Assembly (NCBI GenBank): GCA_016935525.1
Contig: JAFGQU010000005.1
Span: 2,190 to 66,189, forward strand
DNA: 64,000 bases
Reading direction: 5' to 3'
Source: Candidatus Omnitrophota bacterium
GTDB lineage: Bacteria; Omnitrophota; Gorgyraeia; Duberdicusellales; 4484-171
The notes beneath the pieces were generated by a model. That model did not search any database. It saw only the letters and a list, made by a program, of their open reading frames with translations, and had not been told where the DNA came from. How positions within the stretch are numbered: position 1 is the first letter of the stretch; every line of letters starts with the position of its first letter. The position numbers and the translations under genes are program-made. Shown one piece after another: positions 38,038-48,578 of this stretch.

Positions 38038-39162
38038 ATGAAGAGATGTATCGGTATACTCATTATTGGCGGAATACTGGTTTCTTTGATTACACCGGGT
38101 TTTGCCGCACCAAGGATAAAAGACATCGCGTATGTAGAAGGCGTACGGGAAAATCAGCTTCTGGGTTATGGTCTGGTGGTAGGGTTAAACCGTACCGGAG
38201 ACCGGCAGACGTCGTTCCCTACGCTTCAGACCGTAGGAAATATGTTGCGGCGTTTGGGGATTTATATTTCTCCCAATGAAGTAGAAAGTAAACTGAAGAC
38301 AAGGAATATCGCCGCGGTAATGGTGACGGCAAAACTGCCGCCGCTGGCCCGTCCGGGAACAAAGATCGATGTGGTCGTTTCCTCCATCGGCGATGCGACT
38401 TCGCTGGAAGGCGGAGTATTGCTGCAGGCGCCTCTGCAGGCTGCCGACGGTAAGGTTTATGCGGTCGCTCAGGGTTCGCTTTCTACCGGCTTAGGGGTTA
38501 CCGGGAATACCCGGGGCGGAGCGTCACTCACGGTTGCCCGGGTCCCGGAGGGAGCTTATGTCGAGAGAGAAGTGCCGGCGACCATTGTAACAGAAAATGC
38601 GATCTCTATTATTCTCAAAGAACCTGATTTTACGACTGCCTCGCGGGTGATCGAAAATATCAACGAGCAGTTAGGTGGACTCCGCGCGACCGCCAGCGAT
38701 GCCGGGTATGTACGCGTCAAGATTCCCGAAGAATACCAAGATAATATCGTGGGATTTGTCTCATTAATAGAGAATGTGCCGATTATCCCCGATGCCCGTG
38801 CCAAAGTAGTGATAAATGAACGTACCGGTACGATCGTCGCCGGGAAAGACGTAAAGATCGCGACCGTAGGGGTAAGCCACGGTAATATCAACGTGCAGGT
38901 GACCAATCAACGGCAATATTCAGAGACTTCCGCCGGCTCCTCTGAAGATACTTTAACGAAAGTCATCGAACAATCGGTGAATGAATCTTCATCGGCCAAC
39001 GGTACGGGTATGAAAAATATGGAAGTCATCGAAGAAAGCGTAAGCGTAAACGATCTGGTACAGTCATTGAACGCCTTAGGGGTCGCACCGAAAGATCTGA
39101 TCGCGATTTTACAGGCGATTAAAGAAGCCGGCGCGCTTCATGCTGAACTGGAGGTATTATGA
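38038..39162 (+). CDS. flgI: P-ring protein FlgI
   Basis: RIKDIA.VEGVRENQLLGYGLVVGL, AGALHAEL. Confidence 0.97.
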   Translation: MKRCIGILIIGGILVSLITPGFAAPRIKDIAYVEGVRENQLLGYGLVVGLNRTGDRQTSFPTLQTVGNMLRRLGIYISPNEVESKLKTRNIAAVMVTAKLPPLARPGTKIDVVVSSIGDATSLEGGVLLQAPLQAADGKVYAVAQGSLSTGLGVTGNTRGGASLTVARVPEGAYVEREVPATIVTENAISIILKEPDFTTASRVIENINEQLGGLRATASDAGYVRVKIPEEYQDNIVGFVSLIENVPIIPDARAKVVINERTGTIVAGKDVKIATVGVSHGNINVQVTNQRQYSETSAGSSEDTLTKVIEQSVNESSSANGTGMKNMEVIEESVSVNDLVQSLNALGVAPKDLIAILQAIKEAGALHAELEVL

Positions 39163-39638
39163 TTTCATTACATTCTATTCTACCTTCAAGCGGAGCCAAT
39201 TATATCCAGAAAGGATTCGCTTTGCCCGGTAAAGAAGAGCTTTTTGAAAAAATCGGCGCCCAGTTGAAACAAGCTGCCGAAGAAAATTTATGGTGGCCGC
39301 CTAACGGGGGGATTCTTTCGTCCGGCGAACAGAAGGCTACGCATGATGAACTGGTCAGCCAGGTCTCCTCACAAGAGCAGCCTGACCTTGAGGAAGAAGC
39401 GAAACTCAAAGATGCCTGCACGCAGTTTGAGTCATTTTTCCTCTATTATCTTTTGAAAGAAATGGATAAAACTATCCCGCGCGAACAAGGGCTCATGGGG
39501 AACAGTCTCACCCAGAAATTCTATCGGGAGATGTTTTATGAACGGCTGGCCGATACGATGTCTGAAGGGGGTATGGGGCTTGGCACATATCTCTATGATC
39601 AATTAAGCCAATCGTTAGTAAACCGTATATATAAATAG
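39159..39638 (+). CDS. flgJ: Rod-binding protein FlgJ (no muramidase domain)
   Basis: LKDACTQFESFF...LKEM, GMGLGTYLYDQL. Confidence 0.85.
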   Translation: MISLHSILPSSGANYIQKGFALPGKEELFEKIGAQLKQAAEENLWWPPNGGILSSGEQKATHDELVSQVSSQEQPDLEEEAKLKDACTQFESFFLYYLLKEMDKTIPREQGLMGNSLTQKFYREMFYERLADTMSEGGMGLGTYLYDQLSQSLVNRIYK

Positions 39639-39640
39639 GC

Positions 39641-40153
39641 TTGAAATCCATGACAGACACCCACAGACCCTTACGGGATGAATTGGTCCGTATTGTTTCA
39701 GAGGAGTGTGTGCTCTACGCGCAGCTCCTGGCTTTGATGAAAGCCAAGACGGATATTTTAGTGAACAATGATGTCGGCGCGCTGAATAAAAACACCTCCG
39801 ATGTGAACGAATTCATCGCTCACCTAGAAGATCTGGAAAGTGCGCGTAAAGACGTGATCCTGGCTATTTCGCAAAAAGAGAACATTCCGCTCAAAGAAGT
39901 GACCGTGACCAGGCTTACCACGCATTGGAACGATCCTTCTTTGATCGAATTGCAACAGAAATTGCAGGCAGTGATGCAGGATCTAAAAGATATCAATCAA
40001 CGTAACCAACGGCTGGTAAAGCAGGCCCACGATATGTTTTCTTTTATGAGAGACCTTTTCTATTCGGCATTTGCTCAGGGCCCGGCTACCAGTTATACCA
40101 GCGAAGGTAAAATCGATCAACGGGAAGGAGGCTCCTTTGAAAAAGAAATTTAA
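39641..40153 (+). CDS. flgN: Export chaperone FlgN
   Basis: L..K..IL..NDV..L, IN.RNQRL, YTSEG. Confidence 0.8.
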   Translation: MKSMTDTHRPLRDELVRIVSEECVLYAQLLALMKAKTDILVNNDVGALNKNTSDVNEFIAHLEDLESARKDVILAISQKENIPLKEVTVTRLTTHWNDPSLIELQQKLQAVMQDLKDINQRNQRLVKQAHDMFSFMRDLFYSAFAQGPATSYTSEGKIDQREGGSFEKEI

Positions 40154-40820
40154 AGCTCCTAGAGCGCCGTTTATTATCGGTGACACCGGCGGGCTTAAAA
40201 ATCTGGGCGAAAAAGGGGTAGCGAATAAATGCCGGTTGATGAAATTGGCTAACATCGATGCGGTAAGCGTTGAATTGAAAAGCAAGGAAGACTGGCAGCT
40301 GCTTCCGGCCGCCTATTCGCACGTGAAAAAACATAAGATGTATCTTTTAGGGTCTTTAAAAAACATCCCGGCGCATCGTAAAGAGATCCTTTCGTTAGAC
40401 GGGGTGAAAACGAGTCTTGATTTCTATAAAAACAATACGTTGCTTAACGTGTGCCAGCGGGACAACGTCCCTTTATTTATCTATGTGTCCGAAAAAGATA
40501 AAACAAAAGTCAGGATGATACTTAAGAAGATCGGGAGAAAATACAGTTTCCCTCTGGTTTTTATGGCAAAAGACCCGCATATGGGGCTTTTTTCATTTTT
40601 AAATGAGATACGGGGTAGACATACGCATATGTATATCGGATATAAAGATTCTACCGAAGGGATCGTATCGGCCCTTTTAGCCTTAGCCTGGGGCGGCCAG
40701 TTTATTGAGAAAAAGATCAGGTTAGAAGACATAAGTACTTCTCGCACAGATAGTTATACAATTCCTGAGTTCAGGATCTTCTCGGCGCTTTTAGAAGAAA
40801 GTAAAAAATATCTTCATTAG
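40137..40820 (+). CDS. Degenerate NeuB-like (ulosonate synthase fold) protein
   Basis: PFIIGDTG, DAVSVE, GYKDSTEG, ALAWGGQFIEKKIRL align with NeuB motifs; TTG start after GGAGG. Confidence 0.6.
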   Translation: MKKKFKAPRAPFIIGDTGGLKNLGEKGVANKCRLMKLANIDAVSVELKSKEDWQLLPAAYSHVKKHKMYLLGSLKNIPAHRKEILSLDGVKTSLDFYKNNTLLNVCQRDNVPLFIYVSEKDKTKVRMILKKIGRKYSFPLVFMAKDPHMGLFSFLNEIRGRHTHMYIGYKDSTEGIVSALLALAWGGQFIEKKIRLEDISTSRTDSYTIPEFRIFSALLEESKKYLH

Positions 40821-40822
40821 CC

Positions 40823-40849
40823 TAAAGTTTTTCTATAAAGTGCCGATAA
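40823..40849 (+). promoter_or_regulatory. Sigma28 promoter of flgM
   Basis: Perfect TAAAGTTT-N11-GCCGATAA. Confidence 0.9.
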
Positions 40850-40867
40850 GAAAAGTGGAGGAAAAGT

Positions 40868-41206
40868 ATGGATATTTTCAGTTTAGGCAGTATTTTAAAT
40901 GCCTTAAAATTCAATAAAAAGGTAGAATCTCCTCAAAAATCTTCAAAAGTAGAGGAGAATAAAGGGGCCAAAGAGACTTCGGCGTCTTCGGATTCTCAAG
41001 ATACGGTCACTATCTCTCAAGAAGCATTTCTCAAGTCCAGCGTTGAAAACGTCGCCAGCGACGTCCAGAGAGACCAGGAGATCGTAAGAGAAGAAAAAGT
41101 CGCCCAGATCAAAGAGAAGGTCCAAAACGACGAATATGAGGTCTCCTCACAAAAAGTAGCCGATAAACTCATCCGCGGCATTGATATTTACGAAATCTTT
41201 AAATAA
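40868..41206 (+). CDS. flgM: Anti-sigma28 factor FlgM
   Basis: DTVTISQEA, REEKVAQIKEKVQNDEYEVSSQKVADKL. Confidence 0.92.
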   Translation: MDIFSLGSILNALKFNKKVESPQKSSKVEENKGAKETSASSDSQDTVTISQEAFLKSSVENVASDVQRDQEIVREEKVAQIKEKVQNDEYEVSSQKVADKLIRGIDIYEIFK

Positions 41207-41327
41207 CCGTAATCCCTCGCCATTTTTGTCCATTTCTTTTCTCACGAACAATAAAAAAACCACAAATTGAGCTGATGTGATGATTATGATAGAATAACAT
41301 TAAAATGGATCATAATACATCTCACAT

Positions 41328-42788
41328 ATGCCCGATTTAAAAGTATTGATCATCAATCCGCCGGTACGGTTTGACGACAAGCCGCGAAATCTCCCTCATG
41401 GCTTGGCAATTCTTGCCAATATTATCCGTAATAAAATGAACATCACCCCGCAATTCTTAGATATCAATGCGTTCCGGTATTCACCGGAGCGATTAAGCGA
41501 AATCCTCAAAACTTCCGATTTTAACGTTGTCCTTATCGGCGGGATCGCCTCAGCCTACCGTCAGATCGTGGAATTGTCCCGGTTGGTCAAAGAGATCGTG
41601 CCGCAGGCAATGATCATCGCCGGCGGATATGTGGTCATGCCGGTCCCGACCCTTTTATTGCAGAATTCTGCGGTAGATATAGTCTGCACCGGAGAAGGGG
41701 AACTTACTATAGTCGAATTATTGGACCGGTTGAGTATACAGGGATTTAATGCCGATATTTCCGATATCGCCGGGGTCTGTTATAAGCCACGAACCGGCGC
41801 ACCGTTTCATTGTACCGGGCCGCGCCGACTTATCGATGATCTTGATGCGACGAGTGCGATGCCGGCATATGACCTGTTGCCGATGGATGTGTATCTTTCT
41901 AATCCGGTCGTGGGAATAGGCCGTGATATCGATATGGTTACTATCCGCGGATGTCCTTATCAATGTTCTTTTTGTTACCAACCCTGGGGGAGGGTCCCGA
42001 GAAGTTATTCGATCGATACTATTGCCGGTACGATCCACACGTTACGCCGGGAATATCGGGTCGATTTCATATCGTTTCAGGATGACGAATTTATGGTTGA
42101 TGAAACCAGAGTAAAAGAGTTTTGTGAGCGGCGTAACCGGCTGTTCCCCGAAGTCCTCTGGTCCTGTACGGGCCGAAGCAATATCATCGCCCGTAACCCC
42201 GATATCGTCAAACTTATGAAACAATCAGGATGTACGCTTATCTCCTGCGGATTCGAATCGGGTTCGCCAAGGATGCTGGAAAGTATGCATAAGATGCAAA
42301 GAATAGATCAAATGGAAGCTACAGTCAAGATCCTCCGGGCCCAGGAGTTGCCGGTTCCGGCATCGTTCATCATCGGTATGCCGGGAGAAGACGAGGCAAG
42401 TTGTCAGGAAACGCTCGATTTTTGTCTACGCAATAATCTGCCGCTTGAGTCACTGATGTTTGCGACTCCTTATCCCGGTACGGAGATTTTTGACTTCGCG
42501 CTTAAGACCGGCCGGGTCGATAAAGACCATATTCATGAATTCATGATGGAACTGGGCGATGCCCGGAAATTCGTGGTCAATCTTACCGACAGTTTTTCCG
42601 ATGAAGGGCTTGTTGCCACACGTACCGAGATGATGGCGATCGCCCGTAAAAATTACGAGAAATTTATCTCGCAAAATGAGATAATGGATAAGATGAAAAA
42701 ACTGTTCGGCCCGCTTTTAGAGCGAGTGCGCCTTGATGAGACCGATTTAGCACACCGGGCAAAACACGGGGGGATGAGCACGTTTTGA
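41328..42788 (+). CDS. B12-binding radical SAM protein (class B methyltransferase-like)
   Basis: N-terminal cobalamin-binding domain (GEGE), RGCPYQCSFC, GFESGS, PYPGT. Confidence 0.9.
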   Translation: MPDLKVLIINPPVRFDDKPRNLPHGLAILANIIRNKMNITPQFLDINAFRYSPERLSEILKTSDFNVVLIGGIASAYRQIVELSRLVKEIVPQAMIIAGGYVVMPVPTLLLQNSAVDIVCTGEGELTIVELLDRLSIQGFNADISDIAGVCYKPRTGAPFHCTGPRRLIDDLDATSAMPAYDLLPMDVYLSNPVVGIGRDIDMVTIRGCPYQCSFCYQPWGRVPRSYSIDTIAGTIHTLRREYRVDFISFQDDEFMVDETRVKEFCERRNRLFPEVLWSCTGRSNIIARNPDIVKLMKQSGCTLISCGFESGSPRMLESMHKMQRIDQMEATVKILRAQELPVPASFIIGMPGEDEASCQETLDFCLRNNLPLESLMFATPYPGTEIFDFALKTGRVDKDHIHEFMMELGDARKFVVNLTDSFSDEGLVATRTEMMAIARKNYEKFISQNEIMDKMKKLFGPLLERVRLDETDLAHRAKHGGMSTF

Positions 42789-42789
42789 A

Positions 42790-42875
42790 GGTCACAAGGA
42801 CACACGTCACACGTCACACGTGATGGGGAGAAAATGTTTTTCGTGTGTCTATGTGGCTATGTGTCGTGTGACTTT
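42790..42875. repeat. GTCACAC/GTGTGAC repeat hairpin, copy 1 of 4
   Basis: Tandem GTCACA(C/A) units followed by complementary TGTG(A/T)C units. Confidence 0.7.
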
Positions 42876-42890
42876 AATAAAGGAGTAACA

Positions 42891-43610
42891 TTGAGTATAT
42901 TTTCACTGATCGTCGCCCGTAAAGGGAGTAAAGGATTGCCGAATAAGGTGGTCCGGAAGATCAACGGCAAATATGTATTTCAATATTCGGTAGAATATTC
43001 CTGTTCGTTATCGGATATCATCAAAGAAGAAGTCGTGACTGCGGTATCTTCTGATTGCGAGGAGATTAAAGAATATTGTGCCGGACAGAACGTTGTGTTC
43101 ATCGACCGCCAGGCACATCTCGCTTCCGATCAGGTAAAGATCGAAGAGGTGATCTATGATGCCTACAGTAAGGGAGGGAACCGTTGTGAATATGTCTCTT
43201 TGCTGTACGGAAACATCCCTACCCGGTACCCTGAGGAATTTAAACGGGCATTCGATTTTTTAGAAGCGCATACAGATTATGATGCCGCGCTCAGCATGCA
43301 GAATGTCGAAAAATATAATCCGGCCTGGATGTTTGCGTTACACGAAGAACTATTACCGGAAAAAGACCTGCGAGGATACCGCCGTCAGGACCTGGAACAG
43401 TTCATGATTCATGACGGCCATACCATCCTTTTCCGTGCGGGATATTTTGTCCGGTTCATGGAGAGTCGCCGGGCGGCAAGAAAGATGTATGAACAATTCG
43501 GCGAAAAGATAAAACCGGTATTATGTAACCGGCTGATTATCGATGTGGATACCGAAAGAGATCTTATAGCCGCCGAGGCAATATTGAAATATAACAATGG
43601 AGGGGTATAG
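42891..43610 (+). CDS. neuA: CMP-nonulosonate synthetase (NeuA/LegF-like cytidylyltransferase)
   Basis: ARKGSKGLPNK...INGK, RRQDL, IDVDTERD; TTG start after AGGAG. Confidence 0.85.
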   Translation: MSIFSLIVARKGSKGLPNKVVRKINGKYVFQYSVEYSCSLSDIIKEEVVTAVSSDCEEIKEYCAGQNVVFIDRQAHLASDQVKIEEVIYDAYSKGGNRCEYVSLLYGNIPTRYPEEFKRAFDFLEAHTDYDAALSMQNVEKYNPAWMFALHEELLPEKDLRGYRRQDLEQFMIHDGHTILFRAGYFVRFMESRRAARKMYEQFGEKIKPVLCNRLIIDVDTERDLIAAEAILKYNNGGV

Positions 43611-43700
43611 GAAATATGCTTCGCGAAATACATAGAAATACGCTTACGCGAAATACAATTGTATTTCCATGCATTTCTATTGTATTTCAACTGTATTTCG
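43611..43700. repeat. GAAATAC/GTATTTC repeat hairpin
   Basis: Four GAAATA(C/T) units followed by four (G/C)(T/C)ATTTC units. Confidence 0.65.
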
Positions 43701-43704
43701 ATAT

Positions 43705-44757
43705 ATGAGTTTAAAGAAGAGAATACGCATAGGCAATAAAGTGATCGGCGAAGGAAAACCTTGTTTCATCATCGCTGAGGCCGGGGTGAACCATAACGGG
43801 AAGATCCGTCTGGCCAAGCGTCTCATCGATGCGGCAAAGACTGCCGGCGCCGACGCGGTAAAGTTTCAGACGTTTACCGCGGGCGAACTGGTCGGAGAAG
43901 ACATCGCCTTGGCCGGATATCAGAAAAAGAATATGCCCCGGATGAAAAACCAGAAAGAGATGCTGGCAACATTAGAGCTTACCGCGAAAGATTTCGTCAT
44001 GCTCAAGAAATATTGCGATAAAAAAAAGATCGTTTTTCTTTCAACGCCGCATACCGAAGGAGCGCTTGCGATACTCGAGGATATCGTGCCGGCGTATAAG
44101 GTCGCATCCGGCGATATTACCAATATCCCGTTTTTAATAAAAATCGCAAAAAAGAAAAAACCGGTGATCCTTTCGACCGGAATGGCGACGTTAAAAGAGG
44201 TCCAGACCGCAGTCGGTGCCGTAACACGCTATACCGATAAACTGGTGGTACTCCATTGTACGACGAACTATCCCTGTCCGGCAGATGAGGTGAATCTGCG
44301 GGCGATGGATACATTAAAAGAAAAAGGTAAAAACCTTACCGGTTATTCCGATCATACTTCAGGCTATGAGATCTCTCTTGCGGCAGTCGCCCTCGGCGCG
44401 GTCATAATCGAAAAACACCTTACGTTAGACCGGACCTTACCCGGGCCGGACCATCGGGGGAGCCTCACCCCGGGAGAATTTAAAGCTATGATAAAAGCTA
44501 TCCGTATTGTCGAGAGATCGCTGGGCAGTGCTAAGAAAGAACCGACGGTACATGAAAGGAAAATAGCTTCGGTCGTACGTAAAAGTATCGTTGCCCACGT
44601 AGCGATCGATAAAGGAACACAGATCGTTCCGGATATGGTGACTGTCCGTCGTCCGGCCACTGGGATCGCGCCTTATGAGATCAGCCGGGTTATCGGGAAA
44701 AAGGTAAAAAAAAATATCCCAGCAAATACTGTGCTTACGTGGGGAATGCTTATATAA
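43705..44757 (+). CDS. neuB: Nonulosonic acid synthase NeuB/LegI
   Basis: FIIAEAGVNHNG, DAVKFQ, LHC.TNYP, GYSDHT, IEKH.TLDR..PGPDH, C-terminal SAF domain. Confidence 0.95.
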   Translation: MSLKKRIRIGNKVIGEGKPCFIIAEAGVNHNGKIRLAKRLIDAAKTAGADAVKFQTFTAGELVGEDIALAGYQKKNMPRMKNQKEMLATLELTAKDFVMLKKYCDKKKIVFLSTPHTEGALAILEDIVPAYKVASGDITNIPFLIKIAKKKKPVILSTGMATLKEVQTAVGAVTRYTDKLVVLHCTTNYPCPADEVNLRAMDTLKEKGKNLTGYSDHTSGYEISLAAVALGAVIIEKHLTLDRTLPGPDHRGSLTPGEFKAMIKAIRIVERSLGSAKKEPTVHERKIASVVRKSIVAHVAIDKGTQIVPDMVTVRRPATGIAPYEISRVIGKKVKKNIPANTVLTWGMLI

Positions 44758-44779
44758 TGAAAAAAGGGAGATATACGGT

Positions 44780-46279
44780 ATGATCTCAAAATCGCCTTAT
44801 GGCGATACGTTTAAATATGAAATCGATGATACGTTCGAACGCGAAAAAATCGACGCGTTCCTGAAAAAAAGGAAAACCGTCGTCGTCCAGGGGTTAGGGT
44901 TTGTCGGCTCGGCCATGGTCGCGGCGCTTGCGTTAAGCCGCGCTCAGGACGGTTCTCTGCGGTATAACGTGATCGGGGTCGATCTGCCGGATGAAAAAAA
45001 TTTCTGGAAGATCGCCCGGATAAATAACGGAGTCCCTCCGGTACGTTCGTTTGACAAAAAGATGGACGAAGCGTATGCGCAGGCATCTCAAAATAAAAAT
45101 GTCCTTGCTACATATAGTCCCTATGCTTACAGTAAAGCCGATGTGGTGGTCATCGATATCCATCTCGATATCAAAAAAAAGGAACTGGGCGCGCCATATG
45201 AATACGAATTTTCTTACGATGGGTTTAAAACAGCGATTGAAACCGTCGCTCAACATATCGTTGAGGATACTCTGGTGATCATAGAGACTACCGTTCCCCC
45301 GGGAACGACCGAACAGGTAGTGTATCCGCTGTGTAAAGAAGTATTCTCCCGCCGCGGGTTGGATATCAATAAATTATATCTGGCTCATTCCGGAGAACGG
45401 GTCATGCCGGGGACGAACTATCTTGATTCGATCGTGAATTTTTATCGGGTTTATTCCGGTATCAATAGCGAATCAAAAATCCGGGCGCGGGAATTTTTTG
45501 AATCGTTTGTGAATACCCGGGATTTTCCTATTACTGAGATGCATTCACCGACGGCGTCGGAGATGGTGAAGGTACTGGAAAACTCCTATCGTGCCGTCAA
45601 CATCGCGTTTATCCAGGAGTGGACCGAATTTGCCGAGGAGGCCGATGTGAATTTATTTGAAGTGGTCAAGACTATCCGTAAGCGTCCTACTCATCAGAAC
45701 ATCATGTGGCCGGGATTCGGGGTGGGGGGGTATTGTCTCACTAAAGACGCGTTATTGGCCGATTGGGCGTACCGGAATCTGTTCAATAAAGAAGAAAATC
45801 TCGGTATGTCGCTGGCAGCGATCGGAATAAACGATCTTATGCCGGAATTCACTTTTGAATTATTACAACGGGAGTTGCTCGACGACCTTAACGGAAAATA
45901 TATCACTATTTTAGGCGTTTCTTATCTTAACGATGTCGCCGATACCCGTTCGTCGCCTACCCAGGTTTTTTATGAGATGTGCGAAAACCGCGGGGGCCGT
46001 CTCACCGTTCATGATCCGCTGGTGAGTTTCTGGCCGGAAAAACAATTAGAAATAGATACCGACATAAAAAATCTAGCCGATAAAAAGCATGATATTGCCG
46101 TATTTGCCGTACGTCACCATGAGTACGTAACCCTTTCGGCTAAAGAAATCCGGGAAATCCTTCCCGGAGTAAGGATCATTATCGACGCCAATAACGTATT
46201 GACTGATGAGACAGCGCGCGAACTTGCTCAAGCCGAGATCATCGTAACCGGCGTCGGTAAAGGACATTGGAACCTGTAG
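44780..46279 (+). CDS. Nucleotide-sugar 6-dehydrogenase (UDP-GlcNAc/ManNAc DH family)
   Basis: GLGFVG, ETTVPPGTT, K.LENSYRAVNIA, GVGGYCLTKD. Confidence 0.9.
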   Translation: MISKSPYGDTFKYEIDDTFEREKIDAFLKKRKTVVVQGLGFVGSAMVAALALSRAQDGSLRYNVIGVDLPDEKNFWKIARINNGVPPVRSFDKKMDEAYAQASQNKNVLATYSPYAYSKADVVVIDIHLDIKKKELGAPYEYEFSYDGFKTAIETVAQHIVEDTLVIIETTVPPGTTEQVVYPLCKEVFSRRGLDINKLYLAHSGERVMPGTNYLDSIVNFYRVYSGINSESKIRAREFFESFVNTRDFPITEMHSPTASEMVKVLENSYRAVNIAFIQEWTEFAEEADVNLFEVVKTIRKRPTHQNIMWPGFGVGGYCLTKDALLADWAYRNLFNKEENLGMSLAAIGINDLMPEFTFELLQRELLDDLNGKYITILGVSYLNDVADTRSSPTQVFYEMCENRGGRLTVHDPLVSFWPEKQLEIDTDIKNLADKKHDIAVFAVRHHEYVTLSAKEIREILPGVRIIIDANNVLTDETARELAQAEIIVTGVGKGHWNL

Positions 46280-46286
46280 AAAGGAT

Positions 46287-46376
46287 GGTCACAAGGTCAC
46301 ATAGACACATAGTCACACGTAATAGAATATCAATTTGTCTTGACGTGTGACCTGTGACGTGTGACTGTGTGACTTT
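46287..46376. repeat. GTCACAC/GTGTGAC repeat hairpin, copy 2
   Basis: Same family as 42790-42875. Confidence 0.75.
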
Positions 46377-46385
46377 TAAAAAAGT

Positions 46386-47378
46386 ATGAGTAAGATATTG
46401 ATTACCGGAGGAGCAGGGTTTATCGGATATTTTGTTGCCGAAAAACTGTCCCAAAATCCCGAGAATCAAATCACGGTACTGGATAATCTGTCCCGCGGCT
46501 GTAACGACAAAGAATTCGAAACTCTTTGCGCAAAATCCAACGTTACGTTTGTCCAGGGAGATCTGACTTCTCAGGCTACGATTGATGATATCAGCCGGGA
46601 TTATGAATATATATACCATCTTGCCGCTCTGGTCGGGGTGAAAAACGTAAAAGACGCGCCGGACCGGGTGCTTTCGGTAAATATCCGTTCGACATTGAAC
46701 CTTTTTGAAGCTGCCCGCAGTTTTTACCGGTTACGAAAGATATTCTTTTCATCGACCAGTGAGGTCTATGCCGGTACGTTCATGCATTTTGCGGTAGGAG
46801 TACCGACATCGGAATCGGTTCCTCTGGCCGTGAGCGATATTACTTCGGCCCGGTCTACGTACGCGATAAGTAAGATGTGCGGAGAATCAATATGTTTTTC
46901 TTACGGTGAAAAGTACCAGATCCCTTTTGTCATCGGCCGGTATCATAACGTGTATGGCCCGCGGATGGGTTGGGCGCATGTGATCCCGGAGATGTATGCC
47001 AAGATCACCAACAATGCCGAACTTACCGTGACTTCTCCCGGCCATAGCCGGGCGTTCTGTTATATTGACGATGCCGTAGAATTTACGGTCCGGCTTACCG
47101 AACATTACCAGACTGAAGGAGAAATATTCCATATCGGCAATCCCACCGAAGAGATCAGGATAAAAGACCTGGTCAAACTTATCGCCCGGGTGATGAATCG
47201 TCAGGTGTTTGTAGAGACCGGAAGAGATATGCCGGGTTCTCCGCATCGGCGTTGTCCGGATACCGCAAAAGCCGAGCGGCGTACCGGATATCGGGCGAAC
47301 ATCGCGTTAGAAGAAGGGGTGAAGAAAACATATCAATGGTATCAATCACGGCTCGATTCTTATGAGGAAGGCCGCTAA
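46386..47378 (+). CDS. NAD-dependent epimerase/decarboxylase (extended SDR)
   Basis: GGAGFIG, STSEVY, YAISK, RYHNVYGPR. Confidence 0.88.
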   Translation: MSKILITGGAGFIGYFVAEKLSQNPENQITVLDNLSRGCNDKEFETLCAKSNVTFVQGDLTSQATIDDISRDYEYIYHLAALVGVKNVKDAPDRVLSVNIRSTLNLFEAARSFYRLRKIFFSSTSEVYAGTFMHFAVGVPTSESVPLAVSDITSARSTYAISKMCGESICFSYGEKYQIPFVIGRYHNVYGPRMGWAHVIPEMYAKITNNAELTVTSPGHSRAFCYIDDAVEFTVRLTEHYQTEGEIFHIGNPTEEIRIKDLVKLIARVMNRQVFVETGRDMPGSPHRRCPDTAKAERRTGYRANIALEEGVKKTYQWYQSRLDSYEEGR

Positions 47379-47383
47379 ATGCA

Positions 47384-47470
47384 GTCGTTCGTCGTTGGTC
47401 GTTCGTATTTAGTGGGAAAATATAATACAAAACAGAAACTATATACCAGAGACTAGAGACCGGAGACTAG
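47384..47470. repeat. Heptamer-repeat hairpin (TCGTTCG ... CTAGAGA)
   Basis: GTCGTTC/GTCGTTG units followed by CCAGAGA/CTAGAGA units. Confidence 0.6.
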
Positions 47471-47473
47471 AAT

Positions 47474-48571
47474 ATGGAACTGGACGCTCCTAATATTGGC
47501 CAATTAGAGAAAGAATATCTCAACAAGGTGCTTGAGAGTAATTTTATTTCGACGTTCGGCCCTTATGTCAACGATTTTGAAGAAAAATTTGCCACCCGGT
47601 TACACGCGACATCTGCGGTATCGACGCAAAGCGGGACTGCCGCGTTACATGTCACGCTTTGCGAATTAGGGATAAAAGCCTCAGATGAAGTGATCGTTCC
47701 CGCGCTCACTTTTGTCGCGACAGCTAATCCCGTAGTCTATACCGGGGCGCACCCGGTATTTGTCGATGTCGACCTTCATACCTGGAATATCCTGCCGGAG
47801 GAGATCGAAGAGGCGATCACGCCGCGTACTCGCGCGATCATTCCCGTGCATTTTTACGGGAACCCCTGCGCGATGGATAAGATCATGAATATTGCCCAAA
47901 AACATGATCTTTATGTGATCGAGGATGCGACTGAAAGCCTGGGCGCGTCTTTCGGCGGGCAGTATACCGGTACGTTCGGTGATTTCGGATGTTTTAGTTT
48001 TAACGGGAATAAGATAATTACTACCGGTGGCGGGGGGATGGTCCTGGGGAAAGACCATACACAGTTAGAACATATCCGGTTTCTGGTAAACCAGGCCCGT
48101 GACGGTTCGCGGGGATTCTTTCATCCGGAGATAGGATTTAATTATCGGATGACCAATCTTGAAGCCGGGTTAGGGCTTGCCCAGCTTACCAGGCTGGACG
48201 ATTTTTTAGAGAAAAAGAAAGGATTCAATACACTGTACCGTAAAGAACTTACCCCTATCGCTGAAATAGGGTTTCAGGCGGAATACCCCTGCGCTGAGAG
48301 TTCCTGGTGGTTTACCGGTATTACCGTCAAAGAAAAGATGGATGCCGCGACGTTGCAGCAGAAGTTAAAAGAGAAAAATATTCCGTCACGGCGGGTATTC
48401 ATGCCGCTGGTAGAATTTCCTCCGTATAAAGAGCATAAGAAAAGAGAATATACACACAGTTATGAAATCTATAATCGCGGGTTATGCCTGCCGTCTTCCA
48501 CGCTCAATACGTCTGACGATATATATGAGGTATGTAAGGCCATAAAGGAAATTTTTGGGAAGAAATACTAA
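47474..48571 (+). CDS. legC: LegC-like PLP aminotransferase (DegT/DnrJ family)
   Basis: SGTAALH, EDATESLG, SFNGNKIITTGGGG, GFNYRMTN. Confidence 0.85.
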   Translation: MELDAPNIGQLEKEYLNKVLESNFISTFGPYVNDFEEKFATRLHATSAVSTQSGTAALHVTLCELGIKASDEVIVPALTFVATANPVVYTGAHPVFVDVDLHTWNILPEEIEEAITPRTRAIIPVHFYGNPCAMDKIMNIAQKHDLYVIEDATESLGASFGGQYTGTFGDFGCFSFNGNKIITTGGGGMVLGKDHTQLEHIRFLVNQARDGSRGFFHPEIGFNYRMTNLEAGLGLAQLTRLDDFLEKKKGFNTLYRKELTPIAEIGFQAEYPCAESSWWFTGITVKEKMDAATLQQKLKEKNIPSRRVFMPLVEFPPYKEHKKREYTHSYEIYNRGLCLPSSTLNTSDDIYEVCKAIKEIFGKKY

Positions 48572-48578
48572 TGGGAGA

